Position numbers and translations under genes: made by a program
The notes under the pieces: generated by a model
Databases searched by the model: none
What the model was told of the DNA's origin: nothing
Seen by the model: the letters and a program-made list of their open reading frames with translations, nothing else
Shown here: piece by piece, positions 22,703 through 29,798 of the stretch
How the letters are laid out: each line of letters opens with the position of its first letter
How positions within the stretch are numbered: position 1 is the first letter of the stretch
Origin: Polyangiaceae bacterium
Lineage (GTDB): Bacteria; Myxococcota_A; Polyangia; Polyangiales; Polyangiaceae
Assembly (NCBI GenBank): GCA_050289625.1
Contig: JBNKGC010000004.1
Span: forward strand, 1,984 to 65,983
Length of the DNA: 64,000 nucleotides
Direction: 5' to 3'

Positions 22703-22813
22703 GGTTGGGGAGCCAACGCAAAATCCCCCGATCGGAATGCTCTACCCGCGTGGCTTTCGTGGGGGCGAGTGCGCGACTTGCACCCCTGCGGTCCCGGGGG
22801 CTATAGGCCCGCC

Positions 22814-23773
22814 GTGGCCAAGGAAACCCGCAAGCTGCGCCGCGCTGCGGAGCGCGACAAGACGTCCGGCAAGAGCAAGAAGGCAGCGCTCAAGGCGCCC
22901 ATCTCCATGAAGCCGGGCGAGATGCCGGACCCGCTCGGACCGGAGCAACTCAAGAGCACACTGGTGCGGGTGGGCTTGATCATCGCCGGGCTGTGGATTC
23001 TCGGCGGCTCGATCGCCGGAGTCTCGGTCACTCCTTGGATCATCACGACCGCGCTCGCGGTTCCTGCCGTACTCACGGTGGTGATTCTGGGTGTTCTTTT
23101 TTGGACCTTCCGCCGCGTGAAGGCCGCTCGCGGTGTCGCGAGCATTCTGCAGGGGGTCGAGACGGAGGAGGACCGCAAGGCGGCTCTGGCTCAGCTCGAT
23201 ATCTCTTCGGGGAAAGTGGATCCCGCCAAGGTTTTCGCCAAGGCGCAGCTCGAGATGCAGGAGGATCCGAAGAAGGCTCTCCAGACTCTCGAGCAGATCA
23301 ATCTCGACAAGGTTTCTGCGCCGGTAGCCGACCAGGCGCGCACCCAGCGGGCCATGATTCACCTCACGCAGGGTGAAGTGAACCTTGCGCGTCAGCTGGT
23401 GGACAACGTGGAGCTAAAGCGGACGCAGGACGCTCCGTCGCGGGCGATGATGGGAGCGATTCTCGCCGAAGCTTGGGCTCGAAGCGGCCAAGCCAAGAAA
23501 GCGCTCGAGACATTGGAGCTTTTCGACATGGAGGGCGAAGAGCTCGCTCAACTGAGGCCCCAGATATACCGGGCCTACGCCTTTGCTTATGCGCACCTCA
23601 CGAGGACCAAGGACCTTCGGCGGGTGCTCCGGAAGATGCTGGCGATCGACGTGCGCTTGCTCGGGGGCTTCATGATGAAGAGGACGCATCCTCTCCTTCA
23701 AAAGGAGGCGCGGCAGATCGTCGAGCGCAGCGGGATGGTCCCCCGAAAGATGCAAGTTCAGCGTATGCGCTGA
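22814..23773 (+). CDS. Hypothetical membrane protein with helical-repeat (TPR-like) C-terminal region
   Basis: Basic N-terminus, two TM helices, then alpha-helical repeats. Start is uncertain (GTG 22814, or 22769 from the track). Confidence 0.6.
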   Translation: MAKETRKLRRAAERDKTSGKSKKAALKAPISMKPGEMPDPLGPEQLKSTLVRVGLIIAGLWILGGSIAGVSVTPWIITTALAVPAVLTVVILGVLFWTFRRVKAARGVASILQGVETEEDRKAALAQLDISSGKVDPAKVFAKAQLEMQEDPKKALQTLEQINLDKVSAPVADQARTQRAMIHLTQGEVNLARQLVDNVELKRTQDAPSRAMMGAILAEAWARSGQAKKALETLELFDMEGEELAQLRPQIYRAYAFAYAHLTRTKDLRRVLRKMLAIDVRLLGGFMMKRTHPLLQKEARQIVERSGMVPRKMQVQRMR

Positions 23774-23779
23774 GGAGGC

Positions 23780-25738
23780 TCAAAAGGCGGACGCGAAGTC
23801 CGTGGAGTCATCGGAAAAGGGGGCCGCACCGACGATGGTGACGGTTGCGACCTGGCGAACCCGGGCCTCGGCAGTGAGGTCGGTGTGGGTGATGACCGGT
23901 AGGGCCGGAAACTCGTGTGCAACCAGATCGCGCACGAAGCGACGGATGTCGGTTGCCACGAGCAGAGCCACCGGGACTCCGCCCAGCGCGGCCGACTGAG
24001 GGCCGCTGGCGGGTGCTGCCTCCAGGCACCGCGCAGTCGCGGCGACGATGTCGTGGGCCGCTCCCGGACCGAGTGCGAGAGTGCGACGCCCCTCGCGCTC
24101 GAAGATCGCTTCGCGAACGGTGTCCTCGAGGAGCTCGTCCAGGGCGATGACGGGGATGACGTCGCGGCCTCGACCGAGGCTCTCGGTGATGGTGGCGCGG
24201 AGGGCGGGACGCAGGGTCTCGGCCAGCTGTTCGGGCTCCTCCGGAAGCGCTGGCGCCTCGGCGAGCACTTCCAAGATGCGTTCCCAGTCCACCTGAACGC
24301 CTTCGTGGGCCAGGCGACGGAGCGCTCGGGTGAGACGGGGCAGGGGAAGGCGGCTGGGCACGGCGGCGCGAACCAGACCGGGCGTCTGCCGCGCGAGGTC
24401 GTCGAGCCGTTCCTCGACCCGACCGAGGGTCACGAGGTCGTGAAGATGCTGGAGCCAAACAGCGTTCAGCCGGTTCGAGAGGTCCTGAAGTGCGTCTCCT
24501 TGGACCGGTGCTCCATCCACGGCGACCCCTCGCACGACCAGCGTGACATGGCCCGGTGAAGCGGTGGGGCTCACCCCGACGACGCCTTGGGGGATGTGGA
24601 GCCCCGTTTTCTCCGATGCTGTGCGGCGCAGGACCCTTTCGATCCGGTGGAGTGGGCCCTTCCCGAGGAGGGAGCGCACCCCGGGTACTCCCCGCGGCTG
24701 GAGCAGAAAGCGCTCGGATTCGGCCACCTGCAGGGCCCAAACGGGAGGCAGGTGTTCCTCGAGCGCGCCCCGATCTCGGCTGAGGAGCGCGAGAATCAGG
24801 AGCGCGGCGCCCACCACGAAGAACGGCACCGCGGGCAGGCCCGGGACCAGGCCTAGGATCCCCGAGCAGAGCCCGGCGATGGCCAAGGCTCCGCTGTGGT
24901 CGAAGAGCTGCGCAAGCAGCTGCCGCGCGAGAGATTCCGAGCTCTCAACGTGCTCCACGCGCGTCACCAGGATCCCGGCGGCAGTCGCGGTGACGAGGGC
25001 GGGGATTTGCGCGGCCAGCCCATCTCCGATGGTCAGCGTGCCGTAACGTTCGAGCGCCCCCAGGGCATCGAGTCCCTGCTGCCCCATACCGACGGCGAAG
25101 CCACCGACGAGGTTGACGCTCACGATCACGAGGGAGGCGACGGCGTCGCCCTTGACGAATTTCATGGCGCCGTCCATGGCGCCGTAAAATCGACTGTCGC
25201 GCTCGAGGTCGGCGCGGCGTCGCTCGGCTTCGGTCGGGGAAATCGCCCCTCGCTTGAGAAGCGCCTCGATGGCCAGCTGTTTGGCGGGAAGCGCATCGAG
25301 ACTGAATCGAGCGCCGACCTCCGCGACGCGTTCCGCGCCTTTCGCGACGACCACCAGCTGGACCACGGCGAGCAGCACGAAGACGACACCGCCGACAGCT
25401 GCGTTGCTTCCGATGACGAGGTGTCCGAAGGCGTCGATCACGCGCCCGGCGTCCGCCTGCAGGAGGATCAGGCGGGTCGAGGAGACGTTGAGCGAAAGTC
25501 TCACGAGGGTGCTCACCAAAATGAGCACCGGGAAGGTGGCGACACGAAGCGCACTCGACGTCTGCAGCGCCACGAGCAGCACGACCAGGGAAAACAGGAG
25601 GTTTCCGGTGATCAAGAGGTCCAGCAGCCAGGTCGGGAGCGGCACGATCAGTAGAGCGATGGAGCCCACTGCAACGAGTGCGACGAGCCCCTCGGGCCAC
25701 GAGACGCGCTGCTTCGGGCGCGAGGTCCTCCCAACCAT
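23780..25738 (-). CDS. FHIPEP-family type III export gate protein (FlhA/SctV homolog)
   Basis: FPVLILVSTLVRLSLNVSSTRLIL, FYGAMDGAMKFVKGDAVASLVIVSVNLVGG, and a ~330-aa cytoplasmic domain. Trimmed to ATG 25738 (MVGRTSRPKQ...). Confidence 0.9.
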   Translation of the reverse strand: MVGRTSRPKQRVSWPEGLVALVAVGSIALLIVPLPTWLLDLLITGNLLFSLVVLLVALQTSSALRVATFPVLILVSTLVRLSLNVSSTRLILLQADAGRVIDAFGHLVIGSNAAVGGVVFVLLAVVQLVVVAKGAERVAEVGARFSLDALPAKQLAIEALLKRGAISPTEAERRRADLERDSRFYGAMDGAMKFVKGDAVASLVIVSVNLVGGFAVGMGQQGLDALGALERYGTLTIGDGLAAQIPALVTATAAGILVTRVEHVESSESLARQLLAQLFDHSGALAIAGLCSGILGLVPGLPAVPFFVVGAALLILALLSRDRGALEEHLPPVWALQVAESERFLLQPRGVPGVRSLLGKGPLHRIERVLRRTASEKTGLHIPQGVVGVSPTASPGHVTLVVRGVAVDGAPVQGDALQDLSNRLNAVWLQHLHDLVTLGRVEERLDDLARQTPGLVRAAVPSRLPLPRLTRALRRLAHEGVQVDWERILEVLAEAPALPEEPEQLAETLRPALRATITESLGRGRDVIPVIALDELLEDTVREAIFEREGRRTLALGPGAAHDIVAATARCLEAAPASGPQSAALGGVPVALLVATDIRRFVRDLVAHEFPALPVITHTDLTAEARVRQVATVTIVGAAPFSDDSTDFASAF

Positions 25739-25772
25739 GGGGGGGCAGACTAGAGCGCAGATCATTGAGCCG

Positions 25773-25803
25773 CTAGAGCGACAAAACGGCTTACCGTTTG
25801 TCG
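25773..25803. promoter_or_regulatory. CTAG-containing inverted-repeat motif, copy A
   Basis: CTAGAGCGACAAAACGG-CTTA-CCGTTTGTCG, 34 nt upstream of the FHIPEP ATG. Near-identical copy at 48951-48980. An extra CTAGAGCG octamer lies at 25750-25757. Confidence 0.5.
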
Positions 25804-25865
25804 GGCTTTGAAACCCGGGACGCGGGCGCCCGCCAGGAGCGCACGACACCGGGGGCGGGGGAGAT

Positions 25866-27020
25866 TCAGCTTGGGGCGCTGAACAGCGCCAACACCCCCG
25901 TGTAGAGGTGTAGGGCAGCGCCGGATCCGAACGGGCCGATCTCGAAGGCGGACTGGAGGCCGACGAGGGGCATCTCAGGAAATCGAGCGCGGACCAGCTT
26001 CACGTCGACGTCGGGAACTCCGTAGAGGCCCGCTCCCCGGCCAGCGCAGTTGATGTAGATGCCGAAGCGGGGAGCGGTTCCCGCCGCGGACAGAGCCAGG
26101 ACGCGCATCTGGCTTTCCAGATCGCTCCGTGCCGCCGCGGCGTCGCGCACAGCGTAGGCAACCCGGGTTCCCGGGTGGAGCTCTTCGCCGATCAGCACGC
26201 CCCCTCGTCCCGGGTCGACGCCCTGGATGGCACGGAGCAAGAGCTCTGGGCGCCGACCGGGAGGTGCTGAACCGAGACCCTCGCGAGGGGGCATTTCGGG
26301 CGCTGCGACGGCAAGCAAAACGAGCGGCCGGTCCTCCAGTCCGCGCGCCGCGTCGCTGAGCGCGTCGAGGGCGCTTCGCCCAGCGATTTCGAGCACCATC
26401 GAACCTCTAACCCCCGTTACCTCCTCCAGTGGGGAGAGCAATCGACAGGCCGGAGTCACGGCGATCCGGGGCATTCCCAACCCGGCGAACGTAAGGGCCG
26501 CGCCTCGGCCGCGGCGTACCTCTTTGCCATCGACGACGAACACGTCCTGGTCGCCGACGGTGCCACCGCCAAAGACTCGCCTCCCAAAACTGAGCTCTTC
26601 GCCGAGGGGGTGCAGAGCATCCTGATCGAAACGATCGGCGCGCATCAGCGCGAGCGCCGTGGTGGTCGAGCTCGCTGCGAGGGCTTCGCGCACCCGCTCT
26701 CCGAGGTTTCCAGCGTCAGTGTCGTCGACGACGTATCCGGCGCGGACACCGGGCACGATGAGCCCGGCGGCCCCCGATTGATGCTCGAGTTCGCCCCGCT
26801 CGGTGAGGAGTCCGACGCCACCGGCGAGGAGCCACGGGAACCCGGGAGCTCGTGCGGCAAGGGCGGAGGCCAGCTCATCGAGTTGCGCGACGAGGGGGCC
26901 CGAAATGAAAAGAATCCCGGCGCGAGGTCCTCGCACCAGCTCGGAACGGTCCAAGATGGTACGAATGACTCGCTCAGGCCGTTCGCTACGCACCTCGAAG
27001 CTGACGGCTTCCCCCGACAT
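25866..27020 (-). CDS. FIST-domain signal-transduction protein
   Basis: FIST_N/FIST_C-like layout with the C-terminal block GIYINCAGRGAGLYG...MPLVGLQSAFEIGP. Trimmed to ATG 27020. Confidence 0.8.
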   Translation of the reverse strand: MSGEAVSFEVRSERPERVIRTILDRSELVRGPRAGILFISGPLVAQLDELASALAARAPGFPWLLAGGVGLLTERGELEHQSGAAGLIVPGVRAGYVVDDTDAGNLGERVREALAASSTTTALALMRADRFDQDALHPLGEELSFGRRVFGGGTVGDQDVFVVDGKEVRRGRGAALTFAGLGMPRIAVTPACRLLSPLEEVTGVRGSMVLEIAGRSALDALSDAARGLEDRPLVLLAVAAPEMPPREGLGSAPPGRRPELLLRAIQGVDPGRGGVLIGEELHPGTRVAYAVRDAAAARSDLESQMRVLALSAAGTAPRFGIYINCAGRGAGLYGVPDVDVKLVRARFPEMPLVGLQSAFEIGPFGSGAALHLYTGVLALFSAPS

Positions 27021-27087
27021 CCGACAAAAGCCTATTTGGGCGCAGTCCCCGAGGCAAGGCTCTACCCTCCCTTCAGCGATTCGCCTA

Positions 27088-27849
27088 ATGTCTAAAATCA
27101 TGCCCGAGCTGTCGGTAACGCTGACCTCGTACGCATCGACGGATGTCGGGCGCCGCCGTGAACACAACGAGGACGCCTACTTCTGTGACGACGAGCTCGG
27201 ACTCTGGGTCGTCGCGGACGGTATGGGGGGACAGGCGGCGGGCGAGGTTGCCAGTCAGCAGGCGGTCGAGACGGTTCACGAGATGGTGCTGCGGGGTCTC
27301 AGAACCCAGGCCCAGCGCGGAGGCGAGGGCGCGTCAGGCCGGATCCTGGAGTCGGCGGTTCAGGCCGCGACCTACATGGTGTTCGGTATGGCCGAGCTCG
27401 ATCGCGACAAGGCCGGCATGGGCACGACCGTCTCGGCGATGATGCGATCGCAACGCGGCGCCGTTCTCGCCCAGGTCGGGGACAGCCGGATCTATCGGAT
27501 CCGCGCCGAAGTTGCCGAGCAGCTCACCGAAGATCACACCTTGGTGAATTGGCAACTGCGCCAAGGCCTCATCACGCCGGATGAGGCCCGGCGAAGCAAA
27601 CAGCGAAACGTCATCACCCGCGCCGTGGGTAACCGCGACTACGTGCAGGTCGATCTGATCGAGACGGACGTGATTCTCGGTGACCGCTTCCTGCTCTGCA
27701 GCGACGGTCTGCACGGTTACCTGCAGACCGAAGAGATCCCTGAGCTCATCCAGGACGGAGGCCCGGATGCGGTCGAAGCCCTGGTGGCGCTTGCCAACGA
27801 TCGAGGCGGCAAAGACAACATCACCGCGGTTCTGGTCGAAGTGACCTGA
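27088..27849 (+). CDS. PP2C-family Ser/Thr protein phosphatase
   Basis: RREHNEDAY, VADGMGGQAAGEVAS, LLCSDGL, GGKDNITAVLV. The alternative ATG is at 27100. Confidence 0.9.
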   Translation: MSKIMPELSVTLTSYASTDVGRRREHNEDAYFCDDELGLWVVADGMGGQAAGEVASQQAVETVHEMVLRGLRTQAQRGGEGASGRILESAVQAATYMVFGMAELDRDKAGMGTTVSAMMRSQRGAVLAQVGDSRIYRIRAEVAEQLTEDHTLVNWQLRQGLITPDEARRSKQRNVITRAVGNRDYVQVDLIETDVILGDRFLLCSDGLHGYLQTEEIPELIQDGGPDAVEALVALANDRGGKDNITAVLVEVT

Positions 27850-28053
27850 ACAATTTTGTTTCCCTAAAAAACCATTGAAAGTCGGACGGTTGGAGATCCA
27901 TCATTCGGGCTGTCTATCAGGAGTGCGCGGCGATTTTTTCATCCGGTTATTGGGCCAAGGGATCGGTCCCTGGTAGCGCTTGGGTCGCGCCGCACTTCGG
28001 TAACGAGCGGCGCCGATAACCTGGACCCAGGACGGGTCAGACCCGGAGTCGAG

Positions 28054-29133
28054 ATGGAAGCTGTGCGTGTTGGTGTCGTGATGGGGGGAACGTCGAGCGA
28101 GCGTGAAGTCTCGCTTCAGTCAGGCGCGGCGGTTGCGAGTGCGCTCGAAGCACGAGGCTACGACGTCGTGCGGATCGACGTGGGAAGCGGGGCTCGAGTG
28201 TTCGAGGAGCTGGCGGGTGCGTCGATGGATGTCGCGTTCCTCGCCTTGCACGGACGCCAGGGCGAAGACGGCTGCGTCCAAGGCATGCTCGAAATGCTTG
28301 GGGTGCCCTACACGGGCTCCGGCGTTCTCACGAGCGCTCTGGCGATGGACAAGCTGAAGAGCAAGGAACTGTTCCGGCTTCACAACGTTCCCACGCCCCC
28401 GTACTACGTCCTCGATCGCCGTCAGGCGGACGAGCTGGCAGACGTTCATGGATCCTTCGGGTTCCCGGTCGTGGTGAAGCCCCGCCGCGAGGGCTCCAGC
28501 ATGGGGGTTTCCAAGGCTTGCAGTTTGGCAGAGCTCACCACGGCGGTGGAGGCAGCTCTCGTCTACGACGACTCGGTCCTCGTGGAGCGCTACGTGGCTG
28601 GCGTCGAAGTTGCGGTCGGGATCCTCGATGGGCAGGTTCTCGGAGCAATCGAGATCGCTCCCAAGAACGAGCTCTACGATTTCGAGGCGAAATACACCGC
28701 CGGCATGACCGAGTATTTTTTGCCGGTGCGCCTGCCGGAGACCCGTTTGCGCGGCATCATGAACCTCGCCGAGCGTGCGGCGCAGGCACTCGAAGTGCGC
28801 GGCGCTGCGCGGGTCGATCTTCTCGTGACCCCAGGAATGAACGAGTACGTTCTCGAGGTGAATACGCTGCCTGGCATGACGCCGACCAGCCTCTTACCGA
28901 AGATCGCAGATGCAGCTGGGTACGACTTCGGGAGCCTCTGCGAAGCGATCGTGGACGGTGCCCGCCTGGATGCTTCGTCCAGTTCAACCATCGGCGCGAC
29001 GTCCCGCCAGCGGGTGGTGCTGCCCGGAGCTCGAGACCTGGGCGCCTGGGAAGAGATCTCCTTCGATGCGGGGCAGCCCGCGTACGTGGGCTCCGGCCGA
29101 CGCCGCGCTGACACCGCTCGCCGTTCGGCGTGA
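28054..29133 (+). CDS. ddl: D-alanine--D-alanine ligase
   Basis: GGTSSEREVSLQSG, ALHGRQGEDGCVQGMLE, ATP-grasp segments PVVVKPRREGSSMGV and LEVNTLPGMT. Confidence 0.95.
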   Translation: MEAVRVGVVMGGTSSEREVSLQSGAAVASALEARGYDVVRIDVGSGARVFEELAGASMDVAFLALHGRQGEDGCVQGMLEMLGVPYTGSGVLTSALAMDKLKSKELFRLHNVPTPPYYVLDRRQADELADVHGSFGFPVVVKPRREGSSMGVSKACSLAELTTAVEAALVYDDSVLVERYVAGVEVAVGILDGQVLGAIEIAPKNELYDFEAKYTAGMTEYFLPVRLPETRLRGIMNLAERAAQALEVRGAARVDLLVTPGMNEYVLEVNTLPGMTPTSLLPKIADAAGYDFGSLCEAIVDGARLDASSSSTIGATSRQRVVLPGARDLGAWEEISFDAGQPAYVGSGRRRADTARRSA

Positions 29134-29780
29134 GCGAGAAAGGGGGGCTTCGTCGGCGCGCCGGGCTCCTCGGGGGAGCCGCGGCGCTCGTTGCGGCTCT
29201 GGCTGCTTTCGTCGTCTGGAAGCAGGAACGGAGCTCCGAGCCGTTCGACGATGCGGACCGATCGGACACCGCGTCCGCGGTCGCACCGGTCGCGTCCTCG
29301 CGGACGGATCCATTCGATGGTCGTCCGCGCAGACTGACTGCCCTGGTGACGGAAGCACGTCGCCGCTCTCTGGAGTGGAACGGTCGCGCGGACCTGGTGC
29401 GGATCGAGGCGTCGGGATTTTCCGAGATGAAGCTCGCGACCCGTGCCGGCGGACGCGCTCAGATGACCTACGAAGTCCCGTTAGGCGGACTTCCTGGCTC
29501 TCCCGGCGCCGAAGTCACGGAGCGTCTGGTCGTGCTGTACGACCGCGATGGAATGCGTGAGACCCCGTCCTACGCCAAGCCGTCGGGGCCCGGTGTCGAG
29601 CATCCAGAGTGCCCGGCGGACGAGGTGCTTCGAGTCCTCTCGGGCCAAGAGCGCGAGGCACGAGCCCTCATTTATCTGAAAGATCCGGACCGGAAGGGCC
29701 CGGTCTGGGTCGCCCTGTTCGACGGAATGGAGCAGGACGAGAGATTTGCGGGGGACACCTGCGCCATCCTGCGCAGGTGA
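29130..29780 (+). CDS. Hypothetical single-pass membrane protein
   Basis: GTGA overlap with the ddl stop. TM helix LLGGAAALVAALAAFVVW. No family recognised. Confidence 0.6.
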   Translation: MSEKGGLRRRAGLLGGAAALVAALAAFVVWKQERSSEPFDDADRSDTASAVAPVASSRTDPFDGRPRRLTALVTEARRRSLEWNGRADLVRIEASGFSEMKLATRAGGRAQMTYEVPLGGLPGSPGAEVTERLVVLYDRDGMRETPSYAKPSGPGVEHPECPADEVLRVLSGQEREARALIYLKDPDRKGPVWVALFDGMEQDERFAGDTCAILRR

Positions 29781-29798
29781 GCTGCCTGCCAGCGCCGC

